DNA of 64,000 nucleotides from the human T2T-CHM13v2.0 reference genome, Homo sapiens, in assembly GCF_009914755.1 (NCBI RefSeq), contig NC_060933.1; one strand, given 5' to 3'. Below the pieces are notes generated by a model. That model saw only the letters and a program-made list of their open reading frames with translations, was not told the DNA's origin and searched no databases. Of this stretch, positions 25,900 to 41,851 are shown one piece after another. Position numbers and translations under genes: made by a program. The stretch's first letter is position 1. Every line of letters begins with the position of its first letter.

Positions 25900-28800
25900 A
25901 TTCCATTCCATTCCATTCCGGAAGATTCCATTCCATTACATTCCATTACATTACATTCCCCTGCACTCGCGTTGATTCCATTCCATTCCATTCCATTCCA
26001 TTCCATTCCATTCCATTCCTTTCCGTTCCATTCCATTCCATTCCATTCCGTTCCATTCCGTTCCGTTCCGTTCCATTCCATTCCATTCCATTCTATTCGG
26101 GTTAATTCCATTCCATTCCATTCGATTGCAATCGAGTTGATTCCATTCCATTCCATTCCATTCCATTCCATTCCTTTCCATTCCATTACGGATGATTCCA
26201 TTCCATTGCATTCCATTCCATTCCATTCTCCTATACTCGGGTTGATTCCATTCCATTCCATTCAAATCCATGCCATTCCACTCGTGTTGATTCCATTCTT
26301 TCCATTCCATTCAAGTTGAATCCATTCCATTGCATTCCATTCCATTCGATTCCATTCGATTGCACTCGGGTTGATTCCATTCCATTGCACTCCATTCCAT
26401 TCCATTTCATTCCATTCCATTCCTTTCCATTCCTTTCCATTCCATTCCATTCCATTCCATTCCATTCCATTCCATTCCATTCCATTCCATTGCAATCCAG
26501 TTGATTCCATTCCATTCCTTTCCATTCCATTCCATTGTCTTGCATTCCAATCGGGTTGATTCCATTCCCTTCTTTCCACTCCATTACATTCCCTTCCATT
26601 CCACTCGGAATGATTGATTCCATTCCATTCCATTCCATTTCATTCCATTGCAATCCATTCCAATCCATTCCATTCCATTCCATTCCACTCGAGTTGATTT
26701 CATTCCATTCCGTTCCATTCCATTCCATTCCTTTCCACTCGAGTTGATTCCATTCCATTCCATTCCATTGCATTCCATTCCATGCCATTCCACTCGGGTT
26801 GATTCCATTCCATTCCATTCCATTCCATTCCATTCCATTCCATTGCATTCTATTCCATTCCTTTCCCCTACACTCGGGTTGATTCCATTCCATTCCATTC
26901 CATTTAATTCCATTCCATTCCATTCCATTCCATTCCAATCCGTTCCATTCCATTCCATTCTATTCCATTGCAATCGACTTGATTCCATTCCATTCCATTC
27001 CATTCCATTCCATTCCATTCCATTCCATTTTGTTCCAATCCATTCTATTCCGAACCATTCCATTCCATTCCATTCCATTCCATTCCATTCCATTCCATTC
27101 CATGCCATTCCACTCGGGTTGATTCCATTCCTTTCCATTCCATTCGGGTTGAATCCAATCCACTCCATTCCATTCCATTCGAATCCATTCCATTGCACTC
27201 GGGTTGATTCCATTCCATTCCATTCCATTCGATTCCATTCCATTCCATTCCATTCCGTTCAATTCCATTTCATTACGTTCAGATTGATTCTATTCAATTC
27301 CCTTACACTCCATTATATTCCAATCCATTCTGGTTGTTTCCATTCCATTCCATTCCATTTCACTCCATTCCATTGCACTCGGTTTGATTCCATTCCATTC
27401 CATTCCATTCCATTCCGGATGATTCCATTCCATTGCATTCCATTCCATTCCATTCCCCTGCAATCAGTTTGATTCCATTCCATTCCATTCCATTCCGTTC
27501 CGTTCCATTCCGTTCCGTTCCATTCCATTCCATTCCATTCCATTCCATTCCGTTCCGTTCCATTCCATTCCATTCCATTCTATTCGGGTTAATTCCATTC
27601 CATTCCATTCGATTGCAATCGTGTTGATTCCATTCCATTCCATTCCATTCCATTCCTTTCCATTCCATTACGGATGAATCCATTCCATTGCATTCCATTC
27701 CATTCCATTCCCCTGTACTCGGGTTGATTCCTTTCCATTGCATTCCAATCCATGCCATTCCACTCGTGTTGATTCCATTCTTTCCATTCCATTCAAGTTG
27801 AATCCATTCCATTGCATTCCATTCCATTGTATTCCGTTCGATTGCACTCGGGTTGATTCCATTCCATTGCATTCCATTCCATTCCATTCCATTCCGTTCC
27901 TTTCCATTCCATTACATTCGGATTGATTCTATTCAATTCCCTTACACTCCATTACATTCCATTCCATTCGGGTAGTTTCCATTCCATTCCATTCCATTCC
28001 TCTCCATTCCATTGCACTCGGGTTGATTCCATTCCATTGCATTCCATTCCATTCCATTCAATTCCATTCCGTTCCATTCCATTCCATTACATTCGGATTG
28101 ATTGTATTCAACTCCCTTAGTCTCCATTACATTCCATTCCATTCGGGTTGTTCCATTCCATTCCATTCCATTCCACTCCATTCCATTGCACTCGGGTTGA
28201 TTCCATTCCATTCCATTCCATTCCATTCCATTCCATTCCGGAAGATTCCATTCCATTGCATTCCATTCCACTCCATTCCCCTGCACTCGCGTTAATTCCA
28301 TTCCATTCCATTCCATTCCATTCCATTCCATTCCATTCCATTCCATTCCTTTCCGTTCCATTCCATTCCATTCCATTCCATTCCATTCCGTTCCGTTCCG
28401 TTCCATTCCATTCCATTCCATTCTATTCGGGTTAATTCCATTCCATTCGATTCGATTGCAATCGAGTCGATTCCATTCCATTCCATTCCATTCCATTCCA
28501 TTCCATTCCATTCCTTTCCATTCCATTACGGATGATTCCATTCCATTGCATTCCATTGCATTCCATTCCCCTGTACTTGGGTTGATTCCATTCCATTCTA
28601 TTCCAATCCATGCCATTCCACTCGTGTTGATTCCATTCTTTCCATTCCATTCAAGTTGAATCCATTCCATTGCATTCCTTTCCATTCCATTCCATTCCCC
28701 TGCAGTCGGGTTGATTCCATTCCATTCCATTCCATTCCATTCCATTCCGTTCCGTTCCATTCCATTCCATTCCTTTCTATTCGGGTTAATTCCATTCCAT

Positions 28801-29960
28801 TCCATTCCATTCCATTCCATTCCAATCAAGTTGATTCCATTCCATTCCATTCCATTCCATTCCATTCCATTCCATTCCACTCCATTCCAGTCCTTTCCAT
28901 TCCATTCCACTCTGGTTGATTCCAATGTATTCCTTTCCATTCCATTCCATTCCATTCCGGAAGATTCCATTCCATTGCATTCCATTCCATTCCATTCCCC
29001 TGCACTCGTGTTGATTCCATTCCATTCCATTCCATTCCATTCCATTCCATTCCATTCGTTTCCGTTCCGTTCCATTCCATTCCATTCCATTCCAATCCAT
29101 TCCATTCCATTCCGTTCCGTTCCATTCCATTCCATTCCATTCTATTCGGGTTAATTCCATTCCATTCCATTCGATTGCAATCGAGTTGATTCCATTCCAT
29201 TCTATTCCATTCCATTCCATTCCATTACGGATGATTCCATTCCATTGCATTCCATTCCATTCCATTCCCCTGTACTCGGGTTGATTCCATTCCATTCCAT
29301 TCCAACCCATGCCATTCCACTCGTGTTGATTCCATTCTTTCCATTCCATTCAAGTTGAATCCATTCCATTGCATTCCATTCCATTCCATTACCCTGCAGT
29401 CGGGTTGATTCCATTCCATTCCATTCCATTCCATTCCATTCCGTTCCGTTCCATTCCATTCCATTCCATTCTATTCGGGTTAATTCCATTCCATTCCATT
29501 CCATTCCATTCCAATCGAGTTGATTCCATTCCATTCCATTCCATTCCATTCCACTCCATTCCAGTCCTTTCCATTCCATTCCACTCGTCTTGATTCCAAT
29601 GTATTCCTTTCCATTCCATTCCATTCCATTGCAATCGAGTTGATTCCATTGCTTTGCATTCAATTCCATTCCATTCCATTCCGGGTGATTCCATTCCATT
29701 GCATTCCATTCCATTCCATTCCCCTGCACTCGGGTTGATTCCATTCCTTTCCACTCCATTCCGTTCCATTCCATTCCATTCCATTGTATTCGGGTTAATT
29801 CCATTCCATTCCATTCCATTCCATTCCATTCCATTCCATTCCATTCCATTACAATCGAGTTGATTCCATTCCATTCCATTCCATTCCAGTCCTTTCCATT
29901 CCATTCCACTCGGGTTGATTCCATTCTATTAGTTTCCATTCCATTCCATTCCCTTCCATT
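25900..29960 (-). repeat. About 4-kb dispersed direct duplication, copy 1 (partner ~35600-39670)
   Basis: Identical or near-identical ORF-track pairs at offsets 9703 (25951/35654, 26231/35934), 9698 (27923/37621) and 9708 (29520/39228). Shared rare variants include CTCCTATACTC, TTTTGTTCCAATCC, CCTTAGTCTCC and CCGGGTGATT. Confidence 0.92.
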
Positions 29961-32900
29961 CCACTCTGGTTGATACCATTCCTTTCCATTCCACTCGAAC
30001 ACATTCTCTCCTATTCCACTCGGAACGATTCCATTCCATTCCATTCCATTCCATTCCATTCCATTCCATTCCATTCCATTCCATTCCTTTCCATTCCATT
30101 GTACTCGGGTTGATTCAATTCCATTGCATTCCAATCCATTCCATTCCATTCCATTCCGTTGCATTCCATTCCATTACTTTCGGATTGATTCTATTCAACT
30201 CCCTTACTCTCCATTACATTCCACTCCATTCGGGTTGTTCCATTCCATTCCATTCCATTCCACTCCATTCCATTGCACTCGGGGTGATTCCATTCCATTC
30301 CATTCCATTCCATTCCATTCCATTCCATTCCGGATGATTCCATTCCATTGCATTCCGTTCCATTACATTCCCCTGCACTCGCGTTGATTCCATTCCATTC
30401 CATTCAATTCCATTCCATTACAATTCGTTCCATTCCATTCTATTCCGTACCATTCCATTCCATTCCATACCATTCCATTCCATTCCATTCCATTCCATTC
30501 CGTTCCATTCCGTTCCATTCCATTCCATTGCATTCTATTCGGATTAATTCCATTCCATTCCATTCCATTCCATTCTATTCCATTCCATTGCAATCGAGTT
30601 GAATCCATTGCATTTCATTCCATTCCATTCCATTCCATTCCGGAAGATTCCATTCCATTGCATTCCATTCCATTCCATTCCCCTGCACTCGCGTTGATTC
30701 CATTCCATTCCATTCCATTCCATTCGATTCCGTTCCGTTCCATTCCATTCCATTCCATTCCATTCCGTTCCGTTCCATTCCATTCCATTCCATTCTATTC
30801 GGTTAATTCCATTCCATTCCATTCGATTGCAATCGAGTTGATTCCATTCCATTCCATTCCATTCAATTCCATTCCATTCCATTCCTTTCGATTCCATTAC
30901 GGATGATTCCATTCCATTGCATTCCATTCCATTCCATTCACCTGTACTCGGGTTGATTCCATTCCATTCCATTCCAATCCATGCCATTCCACTCGTGTTG
31001 ATTCCATTCTTTCCATTCCATTCAAGTTGAATCCATTCCATTGCATTCCATTCCATTCGATTCCATTCGATTGCACTCGGGTTGATTCCATTCCATTGCA
31101 TTCCATTCCATTCCATTCCATTCCATTCCATTCCGTTCCATTCCATTCCATTACATTCGGATTGATTCTATTCAATTCCCTTACACTCCATTACTTTCCA
31201 TTCCATTCGGGTAGTTTCCATTCCATTCCATTCCATTCCTCTCTATTCCATTGAACTCGGGTTGATTCCATTCCATTGCATTCCATTCCATTCCATTCCA
31301 TTCCTTTCCGTTCCATTCCATTCCATTCCATTCCATTCCATTCCATTCCGGAAGATTCCATTGCATTCCATTCCATTCCATTCCATTCCCCTGCACTCGC
31401 GTTGATTCCATTCCATTCCATTCTATTACATTCCATTCCCTTCCTTTCCGTTCCATTCCATTCCATTCCATTCCATTCCATTCCATTCCATTACGGATTA
31501 TTCCATTCCACTGCATTCCATTCCATTCCATTCCCCTGTACTCGGGTTGATTCCATTCCATTCCATTCCAATCCATACCATTCCACTCGTGTTGATTCCA
31601 TTCTTTCCATTCCATTCAAGTTGAATCCATTCCATTGCATTCCATTCCATTCGAATCCATTCGATTGCACTCGGGTTGATTCCATTCCATTGCATTCCAT
31701 TCCATTCCATTCTATTCCGTTCCATTCCATTCCATTACATTCGGATTGATTCTATTCAACTCCCTTACTCTCCATTACATTCCATTCCATTCGAGTTGTT
31801 CCATTCCATTCCATTCCATTCCATTCCACTCCATTCCATTGCACTCGGGTTGATTCCATTCCATTCCATTCCATTCCATTCCATTCCGGAAGATTCCATT
31901 CCATTGAATTCCATTCCATTCAATTCCCCTGCACTCGCGTTGATTCCATTCCATTCCATTCTATTACATTCTATTCCCTTCTTTTCCGTTCCATTCCATT
32001 CCATTCCATTCCATTCCATTCCGTTCCGTTCCATTCCATTCCATTCCATTCCATTCCGTTCCGTTCCATTCCATTCCATTCCATTCTATACGGGTTAATT
32101 CCATTCCATTCCATTCTATTGCAATCGAGTTGATTCCATTCCATTCCATTCCATTCCATTCCATTCCATTCCTTTCCATTCCATTCCACACGGGTTGATT
32201 CCATTGTATTGCTTTCCATTCCATTCCATTCCATTTCAATCCATTCCATTGCACTCGGGTTGATTCCATTCCATTCCATTCCATTGCATTCCATTCCATT
32301 CCATTCCGGATGATTCCATTCCATTGCATTCCATTCCATTCCATTCCCCTGCACTCGGGTTGATTCCATTCCATTCCATTCCATTACATTCCGTTCCATT
32401 CCATTCCATTCCATTCGGATTGATTCTCTTCAATTCCCATACACTCCATTACATTCCATTCCATTCGGGTAGTTTCCATTCCATTCCATTCCATTCCTCT
32501 CCATTCCATTGCACTCGGGTTGATTCCATTCCATTCCATTCCATTCCATTCCATTCCATTCCATTCCATTCCATTCCGTTCCATTGTACTCGGGTTGATT
32601 CCATTCCATTGCATTCCATTCCATTCCATTCCATTCCATTCCATTCCATTCCATTCCGTTCCATTCCATTACATTCGGATTGATTCTATTCAACTCCCTT
32701 ACTCTCCATTACATTCCATTCCATTCGGGTTGTTCCATTCCATTCCATTCCATTCCACTCCATTCCATTGCGCTCGGGTTGATTCCATTCCATTCCATTC
32801 CATTCCATTCCATTCCATTCCGGATGATTCCATTCCATTGCATTCCGTTCGATTACATTCCCCGGCATTCGGGTTGATTCCATTCCATTCCATTCCATTC

Positions 32901-35599
32901 CATTCCATTCCAATTCTTTCCATTCCATTCTATTCCGTACCATTCCATTCCATTCCATACAATTCCATTCCATTCCATTCCACTCCGTTCCGTTCCGTTC
33001 CGTTCTCTTCCGTTCCATTCCATTCCATTCTATTCGGTTTAATTCCATTCCATTCCATTCCATTGCATTCCATTCTATTCCATTCCATTGCAATCGAGTT
33101 GAATCCATTGCATTCCATTCCATTCTATTCCATTCCATTCCATTCAATTCCATAAGATTCCATTCCATTGCATTCCATTCCATTCCATTCCATTCCATTC
33201 CATTCCATTCCATTCCATTCCATTCCATTCCATTGTACTCGGGTTGATTCCATTCCATTGCATTCCGTTCCATTCCATTCCATTCCATTCCATTCCTTTC
33301 CATTCCATTCCATTACATTCGGATTGATTCTTTTCAACTCCCTTACTCTCCATTACATTCCATTCCATTCGGGTTGTTCCATTCCATTCCTTTCCTTTCC
33401 ACTCCATTGCATTGCACTCGGGTTGATTCCATTCCATTCCATTCCATTCCATTCCGGATGATTCCATTCCATTGCATTCCGTTCCATTACGTTCCCCTGC
33501 ACTCGGGTTGATTCCATTCCATTCTTTTCCATTCCATTCGATTCCATTCCATTCCCCTGTACTCGCGTTGATTCCATTCCATTCCATTCCGTTCCATTCC
33601 ATTCCATTCCATTCCTTTCCGTTCCATTCCATTCCACTCCATTCCATTCCGTTCCGTTCCATTCCATTCCATTCCATTCTATTCGGGTTAATTCCATGCC
33701 ATTCCATTCGATTGCAATCGAGTTGATTCCATTCCATTCCATTCCATTCCATTCCATTCCATTCCAGTCCTTTCCATTCCTTGCCATTCCATTACTGATG
33801 ATTCCATTCCATTGCATTCCATTCCATTCCATTCCCCTGTACTCGGGTTGATTCCATTCCATTCCATTCCAATCCATGCCATTCCACTGGTTTTGATTCC
33901 ATTCTTTCCTTTCCATTCAATTTGAATCCATTGCATTGCATTCCATTCCATTTGATTCCATTCGATTGCACTCGGGTTGATTCCATTCCATTGCATTCCA
34001 TTCCATTCCATTCCATTCCCTTCCATTCCACTCTGGTTGATTCCATTCCTTTCCATTCCACTTGAATACATTCCCTCCTATTCCACTCGGAACGATTCCA
34101 TTCCATTCCATTCCATTCCATTCCATTCCATTCCATTCCATTTCGTTCCATTCCATTCTATTCCATATCATTCCATTCCATTCCATTCCATTCCATTCCA
34201 TTCCATTCCATTCCATTGTACTCGGGTTGATTCCATTCCATTGCATTCCATTCCATTCCATTCCATTCCACTCCGTTGCATTCCATTCCATTACATTCGG
34301 ATTGATTCTATTCAACTCCCTTACTCTCAATTATATTCCATTCCATTGGGGTTGTTCCATTCCATTCCATTCCTTTCCACTCCATTCCATTGCACTCGGG
34401 TTGATTCCATTCCATTCCATTCCATTCCATTCCATTCCGGATGATTCCATTCCATTGCATTCCGTTCCATTACATTCCCCTGCACTCGCGTTGATTCCAT
34501 TCCATTCCATTCCATTCCATTCAATTCCATTCCATTACAATTCGTTCCATTCCATTCTATTCCGTACCATTCCATTCCATTCCATACCATTCCATTCCAT
34601 TCCGTTCCATTCCATTCCGTTCCATTCCGTTCCATTCCATTCCATTCCATTCTATTCGGATTAATTCCATTCCATTCCATTCCGTTCCATTCTATTCCAT
34701 TCCATTGCAATCGAGTTGAATCCATTGCATTTCATTCCATTCCATTCCATTCCTTTCCATTCCGGAAGATTCCATTCCATTACATTCCATTCCATTCCAT
34801 TCCCCTGCACTCGCGTTGATTCCATTCCATTCCATTCCATTCCATTCCGTTCCATTCCATTCCATTCCATTCCATTCCATTCCATTCCGTTCCGTTCCAT
34901 TCTATTCGAGTTAATTCCATTCCATTTCATTCGATTGCAATCGAGTTGATTCCATTCCATTCCATTCCATTCTATTCGGATTAATTCCATTCCATTTCAT
35001 TCGATTGCAATCGAGTTGATTCCATTCTATTCCATTCCATTCCATTCCATTCCATTCCATTCCATTCCTTTCCATTCCATTACGGATGATTCCATTCCAT
35101 TGCATTCCATTCCATTCCATTCCGTTGCATTCCATTCCATTACATTCGGATTGATTCTATTCAACTCCCTTACTCTCCATTACATTCCATTCCATTCGGG
35201 TTTTTCCATTCCATTCCATTCCATTCCACTCCATTCAATTGCACTCGGGTTGATTCCATTCCATTCCATTCCATTCCATTCCGTTCCATTCCATTCCATT
35301 CCGGATGATTCCATTCCATTGCATTCCATTCCATTCCATTCCCCTGCACTCGCGTTGATTCCATTCCATTCCATTCCATTCCTTTCAATTCCATTCCATT
35401 ACAATTCGTTCCATTCCATTCTATTCCGTACCATTCCATTCCATTCCATACCATTCCATTGCATTCCATTCCATTCCGTTCCATTCCGTTCCATTCCTTT
35501 CCATTCCATTCTATTCGAATTAATTCCTTTCCATTCCATTCCATCCCATTCTATTACATTCCATTGCAATCAAGTTGAATCCATTGCATTTCATTCCAT

Positions 35600-38500
35600 T
35601 CCATTCCATTCCATTCCATTCCGGAAGATTCCATTCCATTACATTCCATTACATTACATTCCCCTGCACTCGCGTTGATTCCATTCCATTCCATTCCATT
35701 CCATTCCATTCCATTCCATTCCTTTCCGTTCCATTCCATTCCATTCCATTCCGTTCCATTCCGTTCCGTTCCGTTCCATTCCATTCCATTCCATTCTATT
35801 CGGGTTAATTCCATTCCATTCCATTCGATTGCAATCGAGTTGATTCCATTCCATTCCATTCCATTCCATTCCATTCCTTTCCATTCCATTACGGATGATT
35901 CCATTCCATTGCATTCCATTCCATTCCATTCTCCTATACTCGGGTTGATTCCATTCCATTCCATTCAAATCCATGCCATTCCACTCGTGTTGATTCCATT
36001 CTTTCCATTCCATTCAAGTTGAATCCATTCCATTGCATTCCATTCCATTCGATTCCATTCGATTGCACTCGGGTTGATTCCATTCCATTGCACTCCATTC
36101 CATTCCATTTCATTCCATTCCATTCCTTTCCATTCCTTTCCATTCCATTCCATTCCATTCCATTCCATTCCATTCCATTCCATTCCATTCCATTGCAATC
36201 CAGTTGATTCCATTCCATTCCTTTCCATTCCATTCCATTGTCTTGCATTCCAATCGGGTTGATTCCATTCCCTTCTTTCCACTCCATTACATTCCCTTCC
36301 ATTCCACTCGGAATGATTGATTCCATTCCATTCCATTCCATTTCATTCCATTGCAATCCATTCCAATCCATTCCATTCCATTCCATTCCACTCGAGTTGA
36401 TTTCATTCCATTCCGTTCCATTCCATTCCATTCCTTTCCACTCGAGTTGATTCCATTCCATTCCATTCCATTGCATTCCATTCCATGCCATTCCACTCGG
36501 GTTGATTCCATTCCATTCCATTCCATTCCATTCCATTCCATTCCATTGCATTCTATTCCATTCCTTTCCCCTACACTCGGGTTGATTCCATTCCATTCCA
36601 TTCCATTTAATTCCATTCCATTCCATTCCATTCCATTCCAATCCGTTCCATTCCATTCCATTCTATTCCATTGCAATCGACTTGATTCCATTCCATTCCA
36701 TTCCATTCCATTCCATTCCATTCCATTCCATTTTGTTCCAATCCATTCTATTCCGAACCATTCCATTCCATTCCATTCCATTCCATTCCATTCCATTCCA
36801 TGCCATTCCACTCGGGTTGATTCCATTCCTTTCCATTCCATTCGGGTTGAATCCAATCCACTCCATTCCATTCCATTCGAATCCATTCCATTGCACTCGG
36901 GTTGATTCCATTCCATTCCATTCCATTCGATTCCATTCCATTCCATTCCATTCCGTTCAATTCCATTTCATTACGTTCAGATTGATTCTATTCAATTCCC
37001 TTACACTCCATTATATTCCAATCCATTCTGGTTGTTTCCATTCCATTCCATTCCATTTCACTAGATTCCATTGCACTCGGTTTGATTCCATTCCATTCCA
37101 TTCCATTCCATTCCGGATGATTCCATTCCATTGCATTCCATTCCATTCCATTCCCCTGCAATCAGTTTGATTCCATTCCATTCCATTCCATTCCGTTCCG
37201 TTCCATTCCGTTCCGTTCCATTCCATTCCATTCCATTCCATTCCATTCCGTTCCGTTCCATTCCATTCCATTCCATTCTATTCGGGTTAATTCCATTCCA
37301 TTCCATTCGATTGCAATCGTGTTGATTCCATTCCATTCCATTCCATTCCATTCCTTTCCATTCCATTACGGATGAATCCATTCCATTGCATTCCATTCCA
37401 TTCCATTCCCCTGTACTCGGGTTGATTCCTTTCCATTGCATTCCAATCCATGCCATTCCACTCGTGTTGATTCCATTCTTTCCATTCCATTCAAGTTGAA
37501 TCCATTCCATTGCATTCCATTCCATTGTATTCCGTTCGATTGCACTCGGGTTGATTCCATTCCATTGCATTCCATTCCATTCCATTCCATTCCGTTCCTT
37601 TCCATTCCATTACATTCGGATTGATTCTATTCAATTCCCTTACACTCCATTACATTCCATTCCATTCGGGTAGTTTCCATTCCATTCCATTCCATTCCTC
37701 TCCATTCCATTGCACTCGGGTTGATTCCATTCCATTGCATTCCATTCCATTCCATTCAATTCCATTCCGTTCCATTCCATTCCATTACATTCGGATTGAT
37801 TGTATTCAACTCCCTTAGTCTCCATTACATTCCATTCCATTCGGGTTGTTCCATTCCATTCCATTCCATTCCACTCCATTCCATTGCACTCGGGTTGATT
37901 CCATTCCATTCCATTCCATTCCATTCCATTCCGGAAGATTCCATTCCATTGCATTCCATTCCACTCCATTCCCCTGCACTCGCGTTAATTCCATTCCATT
38001 CCATTCCATTCCATTCCATTCCATTCCATTCCATTCCATTCCTTTCCGTTCCATTCCATTCCATTCCATTCCATTCCATTCCGTTCCGTTCCGTTCCATT
38101 CCATTCCATTCCATTCTATTCGGGTTAATTCCATTCCATTCGATTCGATTGCAATCGAGTCGATTCCATTCCATTCCATTCCATTCCATTCCATTCCATT
38201 CCATTCCTTTCCATTCCATTACGGATGATTCCATTCCATTGCATTCCATTGCATTCCATTCCCCTGTACTTGGGTTGATTCCATTCCATTCCATTCCAAT
38301 CCATGCCATTCCACTCGTGTTGATTCCATTCTTTCCATTCCATTCAAGTTGAATCCATTCCATTGCATTCCTTTCCATTCCATTCCATTCCCCTGCAGTC
38401 GGGTTGATTCCATTCCATTCCATTCCATTCCATTCCATTCCGTTCCGTTCCATTCCATTCCATTCCTTTCTATTCGGGTTAATTCCATTCCATTCCATTC

Positions 38501-39670
38501 CATTCCATTCCATTCCAATCAAGTTGATTCCATTCCATTCCATTCCATTCCATTCCATTCCATTCCATTCCACTCCATTCCAGTCCTTTCCATTCCATTC
38601 CACTCTGGTTGATTCCAATGTATTCCTTTCCATTCCATTCCATTCCATTCCGGAAGATTCCATTCCATTGCATTCCATTCCATTCCATTCCCCTGCACTC
38701 GTGTTGATTCCATTCCATTCCATTCCATTCCATTCCATTCCATTCCATTCCATTCGTTTCCGTTCCGTTCCATTCCATTCCATTCCATTCCAATCCATTC
38801 CATTCCATTCCGTTCCGTTCCATTCCATTCCATTCCATTCTATTCGGGTTAATTCCATTCCATTCCATTCGATTGCAATCGAGTTGATTCCATTCCATTC
38901 TATTCCATTCCATTCCATTCCATTACGGATGATTCCATTCCATTGCATTCCATTCCATTCCATTCCCCTGTACTCGGGTTGATTCCATTCCATTCCATTC
39001 CAACCCATGCCATTCCACTCGTGTTGATTCCATTCTTTCCATTCCATTCAAGTTGAATCCATTCCATTGCATTCCATTCCATTCCATTACCCTGCAGTCG
39101 GGTTGATTCCATTCCATTCCATTCCATTCCATTCCATTCCATTCCGTTCCGTTCCATTCCATTCCATTCCATTCTATTCGGGTTAATTCCATTCCATTCC
39201 ATTCCATTCCATTCCATTCCAATCGAGTTGATTCCATTCCATTCCATTCCATTCCATTCCACTCCATTCCAGTCCTTTCCATTCCATTCCACTCGCCTTG
39301 ATTCCAATGTATTCCTTTCCATTCCATTCCATTCCATTGCAATCGAGTTGATTCCATTGCTTTGCATTCAATTCCATTCCATTCCATTCCGGGTGATTCC
39401 ATTCCATTGCATTCCATTCCATTCCATTCCCCTGCACTCGGGTTGATTCCATTCCTTTCCACTCCATTCCGTTCCATTCCATTCCATTCCATTGTATTCG
39501 GGTTAATTCCATTCCATTCCATTCCATTCCATTCCATTCCATTCCATTCCATTACAATCGAGTTGATTCCATTCCATTCCATTCCATTCCAGTCCTTTCC
39601 ATTCCATTCCACTCGGGTTGATTCCATTCTATTAGTTTCCATTCCATTCCATTCCCTTCCATTCCACTCT
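35600..39670 (-). repeat. About 4-kb dispersed direct duplication, copy 2 (partner ~25900-29960)
   Basis: Same markers as copy 1, offset by about 9.7 kb. Confidence 0.92.
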
Positions 39671-41456
39671 GGCTGATTCCATTCCTTTCCATTCCACTCG
39701 AATACATTCCCTCCTATTCCACTCGGAACGATTCCTTTCCATTCTATTCCATTCCATTCCATTCCATTCCAGTTCGTTCCATTCCATTCTATTCCGTACC
39801 ATTCCATTCCATTCCATTCCTTTCCATTCCATTCCTTTCCACTCGTGTTGATTCCATTCCTTTCCATTCCATTCGGTTTGAAGGCATTCCATTCCATTCA
39901 ATTCCATTCCATTCCATTCAATTCCATTCCATTCTATTCCATTCCATTGCAATCGAGTTGAATCCATTGCCTTTCATTCCATTCCATTCCATTCCATTCC
40001 ATTCCGGAAGCTTCCATTCCATTCCATTCCATTCCATTCCATTCCATTCCCCTGCACTCGCGTTGATTCCATTGCATTCCATTCCATTCCATTCCGTTCC
40101 GTTCCATTCCATTCCATTCCATTCCATTCCATTCCGTTCCGTTCCATTCCATTCCATTCCATTCTATTCGGGTTAATTCCATTCCATTCCATTCGATTGC
40201 CATCGAGTTGATTCCATTCCATTCCATTCCATTCCATTCCATTCCATTCCATTCCTTTCCATTCCATTACGGATGACTCCATTCCATTGCTTTCCATTCC
40301 ATTCCATTCCCCTGTACTCGGGTTGATTCCATTCCATTCCATTCCACTCCATTCGGTTCCGTTGCATTCCATTCTATTGCATTCCATTCTATTCGGGTTA
40401 ATTCCATTCCATTCTATTCCATTCCATTCCATTCCATTCCATTGCAATGGAGTTTATTCCATTCCATTCCATTCCTTTCCGGATGATTCCATTCCATTGC
40501 ATTCCATTCCATTCCATTCCCCTGCACTCGTGTTGATTCCATTCCCTTCCATTCCATTCCATTCCGTTCCATTCCATTCCATTCCATTCTATTCCGGTTA
40601 ATTCCATTCCATTCCATTCCATTCCATTCCATTCCATTGCAATCGAGTTGATTCCATTCCATTCCTTTCCATTCCATTCCATTGCCTTGCATTCCACTCG
40701 GGTTGATTCCATTCCCTTCTTTCCACTCCATTACATTCCATTCCATTCCACTCGGAATGATTGATTCCATTCCATTCCATTCCATTTCATTCCATTGCAA
40801 TCCATTCCAATCCATTCCATTCCATTCCATTCCACTCGAGTTGACTTCATTCCATTCCTTTCCATTCCATTCCATTCCTTTCCACTCGAGTTGATTCCAT
40901 TACATTCCAATCCATTGCAATCCATTCCATGCCATTCCACTCGGGTTGATTCCATTCCTTTGCATTCCATTCCATTCCATTCCATTGCATTCCATTCCAT
41001 TCCATTCCGTTGCATTCGATTCCATTACATTCGGATTGATTCTATTCAACTCCCTTACTCTCCATTACATTCCATTCCATTCGGGTTGTTCCATTCCATT
41101 CCATTCCATTCCACTCCATTCCATTGCACTCGGGTTGATTCCATTCCATTCCATTCCATTCCATTCCATTCCGGATGATTCCATTCCATTGCATTCCGTT
41201 CCATTACATTCCCCTGCACTCGGGTTGATACCATTCCATTCCATTCCATTCCATTCCATTCCATTCCGGATGATTCCATTCCATTGCATTCCATTCCATT
41301 CCATTCCCCTGCACTCGGGTTGATTACATTCCATTTCCTTCCCTTCCATTCCTTTCCATTCCATTCCATTCCATTCTATTCGGGTGAATTCCATTCCATT
41401 CCATTCCATTCCATTCCATTCCATTCCATTCCATTCCATTCCTTTCCATTCCATTA

Positions 41457-41851
41457 CGGATGATTCCATTCCATTGCATTCCATTCCATTCCATTCCGTT
41501 GCATTCCATTCCATTACATTCGGATTGATTCTATTCAACTCCCTTACTCTCCATTACATTCCATTCCATTCGGGTTTTTCCATTCCATTCCATTCCATTC
41601 CACTCCATTCAATTGCACTCGGGTTGATTCCATTCCATTCCATTCCATTCCATTCCATTCCATTCCGGATGATTCCATTCCATTGCATTCCATTCCATTC
41701 CATTCCGTTGCATTCCATTCCATTACATTCGGATTGATTCTATTCAACTCCCTTACTCTCCATTACATTCCATTCCATTCGGGTTTTTCCATTCCATTCC
41801 ATTCCATTCCACTCCATTCAATTGCACTCGGGTTGATTCCATTCCATTCCA
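41457..41851 (-). repeat. 209-bp tandem duplication
   Basis: CGGATGATTCC...CGGGTTTTTCC...CATTCAATTGCACTC is repeated at offset 209 (41457/41666). Confidence 0.88.
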
